Assembly: GCA_905178155.1 (NCBI GenBank)
Contig: CAJINV010000005.1
Coordinates: 3,585,968 to 3,649,967, forward strand
Length of the DNA stretch: 64,000 nucleotides
Source: Amoebophrya sp. A120
Lineage: Eukaryota; Protista; Dinoflagellata
Direction: 5' to 3'
The notes under the pieces are model-generated. The model saw nothing but the letters and a program-made list of their open reading frames with translations, was not told where the DNA came from and ran no database searches. Below are positions 46,504-60,151 of the stretch, piece after piece (the first letter of the stretch is position 1; each line of letters opens with the position of its first letter). The translations under genes and the position numbers were made by a program.

Positions 46504-49500
46504 TCATCCGGTGTTCCGACACGGCGGACACTGTTTTGTTTTCCCACTCAAGCTCCAATACACCCGTCCGCAAGTGACGCACTTCATCTCCACGTGCTGG
46601 GCCTGGGTCTGCTCGATGGCCTGCTTCTCCGCGGGCTCCGGCTTTATTCGCGCCCGAATCCGCTCCGGATCCGCGCCCGGTTTGTTGGCTAAGTTTATGG
46701 TTGCACCGTCCTCGCTGTAGCTCTGCACGGATGTTGCGATCCACGTGCGCATGCTGGAGGAATGGTAGTACACCCACGTGCCCAGCGGCCACTTGCTCAG
46801 AATTCCTGTTGGTGTTGCAGTAGCTCCACCTGTGCCCGTGGTTCCCACGGGCGACACCTGCATAGCGGGCGCTTTGATTGTGTTGCTTGACGTAGACCCA
46901 CTCGCACCACTACTACTGTCGACCACGACTCTGAGCAAAAACTGCTCGTCCGGTGCGAGCGCTTCCACCACCGCGGACCGCCACGGCTCGTAGTCCGTTT
47001 CACGGTAAGAACAGGCCATCCCGGGCTTCAGAATCGCAGACAGGGCGTAGAATTTCTGGGCCTCAACGTCCTGCTGTGGAGCCGTCTGCATTACCGTAGT
47101 TGCAGGAGCGTTGTTCCCTGTATGCACTGCAAAAGTGGCTTGCTAGCTCTAGCAGCAATCGCATCACAAATTTTCTGAAACGGAAAGACGGAAATTGTGA
47201 TTACCATGCAAATTCAGATAACGAAGAAGAGTAGAAGAGTTGTAATATCGCAAGATTGGTGCTGTTGCCACCTCCATTTTTATGATTTATTGCACGAGTA
47301 CTACAAGCACGAAGATACTTTTGCACCGGATATCCTGGAAGCTGCTGCAAAACGTCGGTGACAGGGGCGGCGGAGTGACGGTTCATCTGTACCACTGCTC
47401 CTCTTGACGGCGGTGGACTGTCCTCCGGATGCAGAGGTGAACCGCCAGCAGCGAATCCAGCTGTCGTCGAAGGCCTTTGCGAGGCGTTGGTGGAGCTAGA
47501 GGAAAAGTTCTGGTTGTTATGCTGCCCACCTCCGTATCAAAAGGAAAAATCCCCCCTCCCCATATCAAAGCGGAATTCTGTGATGCGGGCGTTGTGTACA
47601 CAAATCAGATCTCTCTTGTAGTAGAGGACTGCACGCAGATCGCAAGCCTGGGCGGGGGCCTTCTGGTGTAGGCGTCTAGCTTGGCAGACGTCTGCCCTGT
47701 AGGCCTTACAGGATGACAAATCGCCTGCATGGCGCGGCGCTCTCTCTCAATTTGCCATCCTGCAAGACAGACAGGATTTGCATTTGTGGTCACAAATTTG
47801 CATCACAAATTTTCAGAGCGATACGTTCTTAATATGGGGATGGGGGATTTTTCCTTGCAATATGCCTAGTAAGTTCTGATTCTGGTTCTGCAACTGTTGG
47901 TCCATGCCAAAGGGGTTGACCAATCGGCCAACCACCTCGCCGCCCTGCTGCCCGACCACGTCCTGGAGATGACCACCCGAAGGACGAGCCCCGGACGTCG
48001 TCGTCGAGGTGTCCCGACGATTTGAAGATGCTGTTGCTGTTCCGACACTTAGGACACTGCCTTGCTGTTGGGGTGCTGGTCCAACACCGCCGAGTTGCTG
48101 AAAGAGTGATTGATCCTGGCCTGCTGGGGGAAGTGGTGCGCCGGGAATGCCACCTGCTACCGCTGCTCCTGGTTGGAACATCGTGGTGGTGGTTCTCTCT
48201 TCTTCCAGATCACTCAGCTTCACGTTGCGTATTCTAATTTTGTCCACTGTGGCGCGCTGCCGGACATCCAGATCGTAGGTACCGTCGTCTTCGTTGTATC
48301 TGTCGATGACCGCATCCAGGTAAGCCTGGCTCGAGTCCGACCAGTAGTGCACCAGCAAGTTCTTGCCCCACGCGATACTCGCGTTCGGTTCGAACGGCGG
48401 GCTGATCCGGTCCCAGTCGGCCCGTTGCTTCAAATCCAGGTCGTACGTGCCGTCGTCCGGGTTGTGTCTCTTTACCGTGCCCATAAACCACGCCCCGTGG
48501 CTGGCGCTGTTGTAACACACCTGCTGCCCTGGTCGCAGGATCTGGATGTGATTTTCGTTCCTGAGTTTGCTGATATGTTCACCACCAAGTTGTTGCACCA
48601 CTCCCCGCTGCGGACTCGGATTTGGCTGCAGCAAGCTCGGTGGCTGCTGGAATATTCGGTTGAAAAAATTCCCGAGGCCGAATTGCTCCGAAGCGCCGGA
48701 GGAATTGTTGCCACCGTTAGAATTTGGTGGATCTACTACGGGAGGCACAGCACCATGTGCAGCAACTTGTCCTCCACCTCCTCCCGCGTGCACATTGTAG
48801 TCCGTTGCGGTGATCCCCGGCCCGGTTCCCGTGGCTACTACCTGTGCTTCCAGCTGGCGGATCTTTTCCGCCATCCGCGCCTTCTCATCCGCATCCTTCT
48901 GCGCCGCTTCATCGATCTTTGCCTGCAACTCCCGGTTGTGGTCTTTCAGTTTCCGCACCTCGGAGTTCGACAACACGGGTGAGGAGCTCGAGGACAAGCT
49001 GGGCCCGAGTTGCTGGTGCGCTCCGTGCCCGTGTCCCCCCTGGAGACTCGAGGTGTTCGCGTTTTTGCTGTACGGCTCAAGCGTGAACAGCGGTTTGTCA
49101 GCAGCGGTGGGAATCACCGTCGGACGACTGGTGCCCGATGAAGCGGCCCCGGAACCGTCCGCACTTGTTGCGGGAGTATGCATAGGAAATTTAAAATCAG
49201 GACCAGGATCAAGCCAAGCAGGAGCCACAGGAGAAACTTTTGGCCTTCCTGAGCTCTATACCACGTGGGTCAGACCGCGGCGAAATGGGAACTAACACCT
49301 CGTCAATTGAATGCTTTGATGCTACGATGCAGGATTGAAGTGTAAGAGACACCAGCACTACTTACACATCTACAACTTGCTTCAATTTTGCTACTTGACC
49401 TGACACAGAATCCACCGTTAAGTACCGCCATACAGCCCACCTTTGGACGCACTTCTCCCTGCTTCGATCTTGTCTCGGATCTGTTTCGCGTGCGTCCCAA

Positions 49501-50509
49501 ACCACTGGTCCTGCAGAGCCTGTTTCACCGTCAACCGGCTGCCGTGCTCTCGCGCCGTGAGGTTGTCGCAGAGCCGCTGGGCCGCGTCGCTCCACTTGGA
49601 CCCGGCCCAGAAGGAGCTGTTCCCCCGAAACTGGGGCTGGCCGCGGAGCAGGCCCGGCAAGTCGAGCGAGGAGCCGATCATGAAGGGGTGGTCCCCGCCG
49701 TGCAGGATGCACCAGAGACAGGTCCCCGCCGCGAAGAGGTCGGTCGGGAAGGAGTAGCCGCCGGACCGGGGTAGTTCGTGCTGCTCCGGCGACATGAAGG
49801 CCGGCGTGCCGCACTTGTCCTTGAGCACCGCGTACGGACTGGGGAGCTGGATCGCCAACCCGAAGTCGCTCAGCTTCAACACCGCGTGCACAAAGTGGTT
49901 CGAGAGCATGAAGTTGTCCGGCTTCAAATCCCGGTGCAGGATGGATTTGTCGTGTAAAAACTCCAACGCGAGTAAGATTTGCTTCATCCAGTACGCCGCT
50001 TCGTACTCCTCCAGCACGTCCCGCCTCTCCCGCAACTTGTCGCCGAAATCACCGCCCTCGCAGTACTCCAACGCGAGGTAGTGCGCATTGCTGTCCTATC
50101 CACACAAAAAATAAACCAATCCCCATGATCCACTTTCTGCACGACAAATTTTGCAAGGCATGCGCATGCGGATGCTTCATGTTTTGCATGACAAATTGGA
50201 TCGGGATCGGTTTTCTTCAGGGGATATGTCCTCGAAAGAGTCCCGCAGCTCCGTGATGTAGGGGCACCCCACTGCGGCGTAGAGCATTTTGATTTCCCGC
50301 GCCATGTCTTCGGGCTGCACGCCGCGCTTCTTCATTTTGTCTTTCTCCACCACTTTCAGTGCGATCACTAGTGATGTCGTGCGGTCCATCGCGCGCCACA
50401 CCGTGCCGAAACTCCCCTCCCCCAACTTCACCTTCTGGATGTGGTACTTCTCGTGCAACTTCGAGGACTCCCAGGACTGGGAAACAGAGGAGAGGAGAAA
50501 CTTGAACAT
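46504..50509 (-). CDS. CAMK-group Ser/Thr protein kinase with repeated Tudor/SH3-like modules and a C-terminal C4 zinc finger
   Basis: Kinase motifs GEGSFG, IALK, HRDLKPDN, DFG, CGTPAFMSPE. Introners at 50097, 47535 and 47121; GT-AG intron 49249-49425. CVTC...CPPC at the C-terminus. Confidence 0.88.
47121..47332. mobile_element. Introner-like TIR element
   Basis: tatgcactgcaaaagt / acttttgcaccggata. TSD CCCTG/TCCTG. Join LPG|NNAP. Confidence 0.88.
47535..47862. mobile_element. Introner-like TIR element (TSD decayed; GC-AG splicing possible)
   Basis: tatcaaaaggaaaaatcccccctccccatat versus reverse complement tattgcaaggaaaaatcccccatccccatat. In-frame join. Confidence 0.85.
50097..50226. mobile_element. 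Introner-like TIR element inside the kinase domain
   Basis: TSD TGTCC. The join restores FED|SNAHYLALEYCEGG. Confidence 0.92.
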
Positions 50510-51085
50510 TTTTTCTTCTGCTTTTGGCGCCGGCGCGGGGGCAGGAAGTAACGATGATGAAGTCAGTTAGGATTGAAATTGATGTCCTTGAAGACTAACC
50601 AGCAACACCCTGCTCTTGAGTTTTTATGTATGTTGCCTAGCTGTTGTCCATAAAATTGAAAACGACATCAAGAAGACTGGTTCAAGACGTAAATCAACCG
50701 GCACCATTCCGTTGTATTCTTAAAGTGAAATTGAAATAGGAGTGCTACACGAGCACGACTTTTTTAAGTACAACCCGTGCATTTTTTTTCTTGACCAACT
50801 CCAACCCTTCGCTTTCGGTTTTATTGTTCTGCGTGTACTACAATGCAGCTACTTTTTCTCACTCGGAGTCGCACTGATGTCGTCTGTAGACGACGTTGCC
50901 TCACCTGCACTTGAAAGAGACGCACGACTAGCACACACGTTGTTCCTGGGGCGAACACCAACTTCGTAGTTCATGATCGCCGGAGTAGATCGCATCGCAA
51001 TCCATCGCAAACATCATGGTTTTATTTGCGTGTAGTAGTTTTCGCTTCTTGATTTTGCATACATGTTGACTTCACAAGTTTATGA

Positions 51086-54000
51086 TCAGACTTGAGCAAC
51101 ATGATCAGTTCTTTGCTCCGCATCTTCGTCCACCTGTGGTGCAGCACAACTATTCAAGTCCTTATCATACCGTCCGCTGGTGCTCAGATAGGTCAGCATG
51201 TGTTTGTTTTTCTCAAACACACTTTGCAATTTCGAGTACTTTCCCGAAAGCTGCTGCAGACACTGCAGCAATAACGCTTGAATCTCCCCAACCTGCACCT
51301 TCGCGTTCAGTAATATCGGGTCCTGGTGCTGCTTCTGCTGAATTTCGTTCCCCCGGTGGCCGCCGGTCCACTGCAAAAACGTGGAGATGTGCGTCGTGAG
51401 GAGCGTTTCCAGCCAGACCACGTGCTTTTCTATGCTGGTGCTGCCCCAGCTCGGGTGGAGCATGCACGTCAAGAAGTGGATCAGCGTGGGCAGCAAACTG
51501 GCGCCGATGGACTGGCACATCAGGGAAATCTCCTCGATCGGGATGCGCTCGTACACTTCTAGGAGAATCCGGGCGTCGTTCAACGCCAGGGAGAGAATGA
51601 AGGCCTTGGTGAGATGGGACGAGCCGGAACGGCGTACTTCTAGCGGCCCTCCTCGGGTGGATGAGCTACTAGAGCTCCTACTGGTGCTGGAGGATGATTG
51701 CAACGCTGGCGTCGTTCCGACAACTTCATCTCGCGGCTCTTCTTCTTCATCTCCGCTCTCCTCCCTCGCCCAACATCCTCTGACTTCCTTCTCGTGTTCT
51801 TGCAGGGCTTTCAAAATGTTCGGAATGGAAACGTTCTCCGTCAAGACGGCGGGCTGGAAGGACTCCAGTGCTGTCCCGTAGGACTGGAAGCCGTCTGTTG
51901 CAGACACCCCAGAGTCGATCGCGTAGAGCATGAGGCCGTGCGACGTCGCGACCGCGAAATTCTTGCCGTCCAGGGAGAAATCGCAGCCCCAGCAGTGAAA
52001 CTGACTCTCCTCGTAGCTGTGGTTTGGGATAGTTTAGGATAAAACATTTCTTCATAACTATTTTTTGCAGACACGTCAAGAGCAGCACCCGAACAACGTT
52101 CCGTGCAATGATCATGTGAAGAAGATTGTAACGATCAAGCATATAGAAAGTAAATACGCTTTCGCCGAGTCTCCGACCTTCACCCCTGGTAGCGCGGCGT
52201 TGTCTCTGACTCGTCTCCGTTTTCTCTCATAGTCGTCTTGTTCGCTGTCGGAGAGGTCGTATTCCGCCAGGGTCTCGCCGTCCACCACCGTTTTGCCGGC
52301 GTTGAGCAAGACTTTCAGTCCGGATAAGCTCTGGTTGTTCGTCAACGTATACCTGTGGACCAGCTCAAAGGCCGTGGTGGAGTATAGGCACACGTGCGGA
52401 CTGTTCCGGGAACTAGCGAGTAGGAGAGAGCCACTCGCGGTGTAGGCGATGGACCCGAAATGTTGATTCAGGTTCACGTGCTCCAGAGAGTACTTGTACT
52501 TGTCCTTTTTCGATTTCTTCCCTCGGTCGTTCGCGGCGGACAGACCGCCCTTGGCGTCGCGACCGGAACAGATGTCACGGATACCTGATGAAAGTTGTGG
52601 TCGTGGTGGGGGTTCGTACGATTGCAATAGAGAATTTGCCATGTAAAGTAATTTCAGACCGACGAGGTTGAAGTGGAAAACGAAAAGTCAGGAAACTGAA
52701 CACGATAAACAATGATGTGAGCTGCAATTTCATGATCATGACAGTAAACATCTATTCTCCTACCTTCCACAGTCCCCCTAATCTGGCCGAATTCCGTGTC
52801 CCAGAAGATGATCTGCCCCGCCAACTGTGAGCACGCGATCATGTTATTTCCCCGCGGGTCAAACGCGAGCGCGAGCACGGAGGCGCCGCACTGCAATTTC
52901 TCCGGACTCGATCCCCGCGCGCGCTTGAAAATGTCGCTGACGGTCAAGTGCCCGTCCCAGCACCCAGTCGCGAGCTCGCCCGGCTTTGCAGGATTGGGGG
53001 AGAACGAGAGACAGGAAACCGGGGCCTCGTTGCCGGAAATGGTGTCCAACAATTGGCCGGTCTGCAGGGACCAAACCAGCACGGAGTACACGTCGCCCTT
53101 CGCGGCCGCCGCAACGATCTCACCTCCCCCGTCCACGGCCACGGACTCGAACCCAAAAACTTTCTTCTCCTTGGGCGGAGACACGAAAGTGCGGAAATTG
53201 CGGTACCTGGCGGATTGTGTTGGGAAGAAACAGTAAATTTTTCAATCATGATGCATTTGCAAAAGGACTTATTTCATCGTTCCCTCACATTCGTGATCCC
53301 AATCTCGGTGATGCGCGGCGAATGTGTCAGCTACAAAGGATAGCATAGTCATTGTCATCTTCGCGCAGACTGTCATCAAAGAGCACTACTCGTAGCGTTA
53401 AAAGGGAAAGGCAACATCAAACGCAATCTGTGATATATAATCTAAACTTCCTACCTGAGCAAGTCAAACGCCCGGACCGTCCCGTCCACACTCGCGGAAA
53501 TGACCGCGTTCGCCTGGGGTGTGAAGACCAAATCGCGGACCTCCCCGGTGTGCTCCGCAAAGGTGACGAAGTTGAAGCCGGACACCGTGTTCCACAGCTT
53601 CACCTTCCCGTCGTGCCCGCCGGTGGCCAAAACCGCCTGGTGCAGGTTGCACAAATTGTTCCCCTGACCCTCCGCGGTCGCGCCGGACTGCTGTTTCCCG
53701 CCGGCGTTCCGCAAACCGCCAGACGGCGCGAACGCGCAGCAGTTCACGCCCCAGTGGTGGCCCTGCTGCTTCAGAATGTAGGTTTCCGACTGCCACTCCC
53801 AAACCAGCATCTGTCCCGCGGCGGAGGAGCCCACCGCCACCCACTCGCCCGTGTTGTTCAACCGGACGTGGTCAATCGGGGACTGCCCGATGGACAGCGT
53901 GTGGAGCACGGACACGGTCGGTAGCAGTTCGTACAGGGAAAAAACGCCGCCGGTCAGGCCGACGAGCGCCACGTTGGTCCTCACGTTGAAGTCGGAGTCG

Positions 54001-55100
54001 GTAATTTTTTGTCCGGCGGGAAGGTTCATGAAAACCTTCGACGCGCACGTCCACGTGCCGGGTTGGAGGAGCAGGTCTTTTTCTTGTGCCGGTTGTTTAG
54101 TCGTGGTTCCGTCCTCTTCGCCGTCGTTTTTCTCGTGCTTGTTCCAGTCAAAATCCTCAACTGCGTCTACTGCGCCTGATATTCTTGCGCGGCCGTGACC
54201 ACTCTCACTCTCTACTGCAGCCGCCTTTTCGTCTTTCTGAAATCTCCAGGTCGCGACAACGCCGTCCTTACAAATGCAGAAGACGTACTCCTTGTTCTGG
54301 GAAAAGTAGCTTCCGCGCACCGGTTGCCTCAATTCCGCGAACAACACGGGTTTGAACCCCCCGTAGCTGCGGGTGGACTTCTCCCCAGTGAGCTTCCCCA
54401 AGCGGCCAAGCCTCTTGGTCGTCGCGTCCGCATGATCATCTTCTCCAGCAGCGGTGGCTGACTTAATATCAGCTGCGGCGCCGCGTTTCTTCGACTTCGT
54501 ATTCCTCTTGCCGCTTGGGTCTACTGTTTGCTGTTCCACAGTTCCCTCTAACGCCGCGCGCCCGTTGCCAGCCTCTTCATGGTCCAAGACAGAATACAAT
54601 CTGACTTGCATGTCGTCCCCGCACGTCAGTAGATACAAGGAGTCCTGCGACCACGTGATCCGCCGGATGTCCTCCCGGTGCCCCCCTAGCGTGCGGTACT
54701 TCTCGAACTGCCAGCCGGTCTCCACCGCCGGCGCCCGCCACAGTTGCAACAGCCTCCCGTGCGTCACAGCGAGCCACTGGGAATCCGGCGACCAGACCGC
54801 GTCCCGCACCTTCGTCCGGAAGTTCAGACGGTGCAAAATGGTCGCTTTGGCGAAGTTCACGAGTAAAGAGTGGCCATCCACGTCCACGGAGAGAAGCAAG
54901 CGGTTATCGGGGGACAAAGCGAGCAGGCTGATGTCCTTCCGGTTCTCGGGGGCTAGGCACAGTGACCGGTTCTGCTTCAGGTCAAGAATTTGTGTCCGGT
55001 TTCCCACCGGATTCAGTAAGCAGTTTCCATCCGAGGTAAACTGCAGGGAACCACCCCTGTAGGTGGAACCCAGCGAATTCTGGTACCGGTAGGAGAACAT
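51086..55100 (-). CDS. PWP2: Periodic tryptophan protein 2 (UTP1), WD40 SSU processome subunit
   Basis: N-terminus MFSYRYQNSLGSTYRGG..PVGNR, plus WEWQSETYILKQQGH, DGTVRAFDLLRYRNFRTF and a Utp12-like C-terminus. GT-AG introns 53207-53454, 52585-52763 and 52017-52157. Confidence 0.93.
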
Positions 55101-56158
55101 TCTTGTGGCGGTTCGGTTCTTCGTGAGGGGTCTTCGTCCTATGGATGGTGCGCCATCAAGCGTCCACGCTGATAAAGAAGTTTATTAGATCTGCATCAGC
55201 AGGCGCAGGAATGAACTTTCTAGCTGTATAAAATCGAAATCTTCTTCATCGCCATAGAGGACACGTTATCCGAAATAAGACCTGTGGGTTTTATTCTTGT
55301 AGTCGTAAACTTACAGCAATAGCATCAATTGCGTCAGACAATTTTTCTGGTCAGTCTAGCTACCAGGTGTAGTTGAGGAGGTGCACCACAACTACTTACA
55401 CTGGTGTCTACAAGAACTTGCGATTTTCCAACGATGCAGATTTCTTAAGGTCATCTTCTAGCGATCACAGCCAGCTTCTCTGTTGTCGTGATCCATTTGT
55501 GAACAAGAAGCTGATCTTTTTTCATTTCGTGCCCATTTGGTTTCCTTCAGAATCAGATCCTCATTCCAACTTTGAAGATTGGCGCAAGGGCAAGATCGAA
55601 TGTGTTTTTCTTTTTGATCTTCTTTTCCGGTGTTACGTGTTTCCATTGCACGGAAGATTTGTTTACTGCACGGAACGAACGAAATCGATCTTCGAAACAA
55701 ATATTGAGGATCTGACTCCTGACACTGCATGGCGCAGCGCCAGCGAGTCATCAAAGAACTACATGCTCAAGGAGCCTGCAATTTTTGCTTTTGCACCTCA
55801 AAATGAGTGATCTTTGTCGCAAGATGAACTACAGATCTTGCTGTACTCTCGTCCACTGGAAGCCACAAAACAGACACAACAAGCCACTCTGCGTTCCTCC
55901 TGATGTTGTCGGGGACGATAGCGCTACGACCGCGTTGCCAACGCCACAGTTTCCTTGGTTGTTTTGTTTGGAGAAATAAGGTGGAGCAGGTGAAGTTGAA
56001 GATCATCCCACTGTAGTACGTACGGGTAAGGAAGTTGGTCATGTAGAAACACCCCAACTAACGTCGAACCAGCAGAGCCTTCGCCGGGGCCAAAACTTCG
56101 ACTCCTCGTCGTGGTCCACCCAGCTCAGGAAAATTACCCGCCGGCGCCACTTTGTTCT

Positions 56159-57253
56159 TTATTTCCGAAAAAAGCTCGACAACCTTTTCCCGACGTCCTT
56201 TACCTGGCTCTTGGCCTGCGTCATCGCCTCCGACACTCTTTCCTTAACCTGGTGCTCCTCTTGCAAGTGCGCCGCCCGCTCCGAAAGCCGAGTCCAGCCG
56301 GTCGCGATCCCTTCCTGCACTTTGGCACCCGCTTGAGAGACACGTTCCTTCACCTCGTAGTTCTCGTCGATTTCCTTCATTTTCTGCTTCACGGCGCTAT
56401 CCCGCGGAAATAATTCACCGCGCATGTATTAATTTACAAATTCAAAAATATGTCGCCTCGGCCTCCGCAACACATACACAAAATGAGCTCCCGGAGCCTA
56501 CTACCTGATTCGCCATATTAGATAGCCAGTGCCTGTGAAAAACGCACCTCAGTCGCAATGACAAATTTGCTTTTCTCGAGGTACATGCCGGGAGCAACGT
56601 ATATATAATTTCCGCTTCAGTTGTAATACGCGCACGGTAATGTTAAATCTTCATTTATCCTTTGCATAGCTATCCGCCCCGGCCTTGACTTTTTCACCCA
56701 CTGGGTCCAATACCTTCTCCGAGATCCTAAATGTCTCGTCGAACTCCTGCGCCTTGGTTTTCACCACCTGTCCCGCTTTTTCCGCGCCCTCCTTCATCTT
56801 CCGCCCGGTGCTCTCCACTTTCGCCCCAAAGCGCGCAAGTTTGTTGTAGCTCGCCGGAATCTCGCCGACACCGAGTGCGACGCAAAACGCGTTCGCGAAG
56901 GTACAGCAGTTTTTCCGCAGCAAGTCGTAGTCCTTGCCCAGCCACTCGGGCATCAACGTGTCCCGAAGCAATTGCATCACCTGGTCGGAGGAAAAGGCCG
57001 TGGACTGGGGCATTTGGTACCGCTCCCGGTATTCGTGGTTGTCGCACTGCCCGGGAGCGCATTCGAACACCCCGGTCTGGGTCGGGTCGACGTCCGCATT
57101 TCCCCCGTACGCCCACTCGCGCCCGTACACCTCAACACCGATGTGGTAGGCCCCGATAGTGTCCGTGGTTAGCTTACCAATCAGGTCGTTGAACTGCTTC
57201 ACCTCTTTGCGGTTGGTAACATGGTAAATGTGAAGGAAAACGTCGCCGAGCAT
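56159..57253 (-). CDS. PPPDE/DeSI-family peptidase with C-terminal helical tail
   Basis: GAYHIGVEVYGREWAYG and YDLLRKNCCTFA catalytic His/Cys motifs. A non-canonical intron lies at about 56398-56668. Confidence 0.88.
56398..56668. mobile_element. Introner-like element (decayed)
   Basis: tat...tttgcata termini, with ggatagc repeated at both junctions on the minus strand. In-frame join ADS|(A)VKQ. Confidence 0.6.
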
Positions 57254-58838
57254 CTTCTGGCTCCGATATTTGTGTTTCTACGTGTTCTTACTTTGATGCA
57301 AAGATGAAGAAAAAACTCGAAACAGAATGGAGGTTCATACAATCATCGCTTAAGAATACAGCCGCATTGCGAAAAAGAAAAGTCTTGGATCTATAATCAC
57401 AGATACCGAAAGAATTTTTTTTCTTCTTCATGATCTTCAGCCCTTACCAGGCTTGTATCGTAGCTCCACTTTCTCATTTCATACTACTTTGAGGATGTTA
57501 AATATCCTCCTCGCACAATTACGATTTCAATAGATATAGTATATAACCATCAAAATCAATGAGGGTTTTTTTACTTTTGCTTCTTTTATGTATTTCTTGT
57601 TGTTAACATTTGAATATTCTAGGCGATTGTAGCGGAACAATAGTGATTTTAATCGTGCAACTGCAACCGCGACGTCCTTGCTGTCGTGACGACGAAAACA
57701 GAATCGAATTGGAGGTGAGAAAGGAGGGCGCGGCACTGATCGAACTGCATCTGCGTGCTTTCGCAGAACTGTTTCAATTGTTCGCCATACAGCTGCTTTT
57801 TACGACAACGAATGGTCATGCCAACCTGTCTTCACGTTTTGCATTTGTTCGAAAGCAACCATATCGATCCAATGAACGAACATGACAAATATTCGATCTC
57901 GGTTCCTTGATGAAAATGAAACAAATCGCTCGTCTCATCCGTAAGGATTGTAGCGAAGAAACAAAGCTTCTGCTTTTTATTTTTCAAAAAATTGTTTTTT
58001 CCACCTCCGCGCCCGGGCGTCAAGACGTATTAATTAGGGATGTTCACGTCCTTCTGTGCAGCTCTTTTGCCTTGCTGTTAGCCGTGCGCTCGCGACATTT
58101 CTCCGAAGCCGCGACGAGTCATGTTCTAATCCGTCTATTCACAATCCCTCTTTATTCACGTTCGGATCCGTCGCAACTCTGTCTTCATGCGCATTCCGAG
58201 CGTATTCCGCCGCTCTGTCCCATTCCCTGTGATGTCATAAATAAACGAGGAGTACTGGCACTCACCACGATGTCTCTGGGAGGGCTAAAATTTGCTGCAA
58301 TTACATCTGCCACAGTCTGGCACGTCATTTATTTTGAATACTACAATTTTTGTAGTTGGGATTCCTGTTGCACCAGGAGCGCACACACAACTACAGTGGT
58401 GTCGCTCTCGCTGATATGCTGGGCAGAAAAATAACATGTACTGCATATGAATAGAGTAAGCCAGGGAAAACCATATCGAAAACAGGAAGTTAAGCCGGCT
58501 TCCGTTCAGCTGGTCCTGATGCTGAAATCTGAAGAAAAAATGCAGATATTTCTAGTTAATCAAAATTCATCAGCCAAGTACGCGCGAATTTGCTCCGCGG
58601 TATGTGTGTTAGCAATAGTATTCTCCGTCAGTTCGTTTTCTCTCGAGCCAATGACGATCTCCTGGCTTGCTTCGTCGTCGGCCATTTCCCTTGCGGCCCT
58701 GATAGACAAGGTGACGCGCGTCAATGTAAGCAGAGACTCCTCATGTCTAGAACTTGCTTCGAGCACATTGAATCGCTACGGTGTTCGAATTGTGCATTTG
58801 CATGAGCATCATAGAGCAAGAACCCAGAAGCCATCTAC

Positions 58839-60151
58839 CTACCCGGTGCAACACCACCACATCGGGCCCGACCGCCACCATGCCAACCCTTCGCTTTCGG
58901 GACCTTCTGTCAACGCTGGCGGGGACGCTCCTGCTCTGCCACTTGTCAAATCGCCAGGTTCGACATGCGTCATTTCGGTGAACGACGAGCTGCCTCTGCG
59001 TTTTGCTGCTGACTGGCTGCTGCAATGCTGGTCGTACTCGGGGAAGTCGAGTTTCTTGTCCTGGTTCAGGTCCGCGGACAGCGGGCAAGTGCCGAATTCT
59101 GCCCCTTCGAGGACGCCATTGCCATCCGTGTCCAAGGAGCTGAAGTATGCAATAGAAACATGGTGGTGCCGCTACCTGCTCCAGGTTGTCATGCGAGACA
59201 TACAATAGTGGTTCATCGAAAGCGAAAGGAAACCAGAGTTGTGCAGCTGCAAGTGGTGGAATATCGAATGACTCTGTTGCTCATCAAGCGTCCCTTCGCA
59301 CGACAAATTTTTTGTATCTGTGTGGAGTGGGTGGGAGCGGGACCATGATTGCAGTACATAGAAAGCGCGCGGCGTTCAAAACCGTCATTGGCTTGACATT
59401 GTAGTACAGTGCGAGGTCGAGTACGAGCGTTTTAAAATGCTGCTGGGAAGCAGTTTATGCATTGCCAAGCAACAAGACGAATCAATGTATCCTAGGCAGG
59501 GCTACTGGCTAAAACCGCATGACAAATTTTGCCAAGTCGAAAAGCGCTTTGCGATTGCGAAGCTGACTCAGCATCAAATGTTGACTCAGCTTCGCAAAGC
59601 GCCTTGTCTTCGTCATGCAATCCTGCAATTGGTACGAGCACGATACTTGTTGCTTTGCACTGCATACCCGTGCGATCTTCTCCGCCTCCTTTACCTGGTG
59701 GAGACGGCTCTTGGCGGAAGTGAACAATTTCTGCAAACGAGCCATGGCAGAGGTTTCCGAGAACGCAGACGGCGGGGAGGTTTTCCCTGCGGCTGCCGCT
59801 GGTGTACCTGAGTAGGTTGATGGTTTGCGTGCTGCTTGATCTTTTTATGGTGGAAAACGGATCTTCGATATCAAAATCCAGGTGACATCAAAATTCGCAT
59901 GTGGTAGGTGCGACTTGCTGCAAAAGCAAAACCAGAAGAAACCTTTTTTGTTTTTGCAAAATTCAAGACCAGCAGGGTAAAGTTGAAGTACGTTCTTTTT
60001 CGGCCTTCACCGCCCCGCCCTCGACAAAGGGATCCAGAGACGGGGGCTCCGCATTGTACATTTCCGCATCATTTTCGATCGCCACAGACTGCTGGACGGC
60101 GTCGACGATCCCAACAAGCAGCGGAGAAAAGATGATGAGCGGCCGCATCAT
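58839..60151 (-). CDS. Putative secreted EF-hand protein, copy 1
   Basis: Signal-like MMRPLIIFSPLLVGIVDA. GT-AG intron 59808-59990; introners 59456-59666 and 59146-59360. EF loops DTDGNGVLEGAE and DLNQDKKLDFPE. 3' end uncertain. Confidence 0.72.
59146..59360. mobile_element. Introner-like TIR element
   Basis: tatgcaatagaaacatggt versus reverse complement tatgtactgcaatcatggt. Flanks TGAAG/GAAAG. In-frame join. Confidence 0.75.
59456..59666. mobile_element. Introner-like TIR element
   Basis: 21-bp TIR tatgca[tg]tgc[ca]aagcaacaag. Join IAR|ASQQHFK. Confidence 0.85.

Noticed and set aside
2547-55062. Numerous plus-strand ORFs (e.g. 48110-48982, 33167-33862, 24342-24989, 54454-55062)
   Set aside because: Antisense shadows of GC-rich minus-strand exons, with no motifs.
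58447-59208. 253-aa plus-strand ORF
   Set aside because: Overlaps the EF-hand exon and an introner antisense; no motif.
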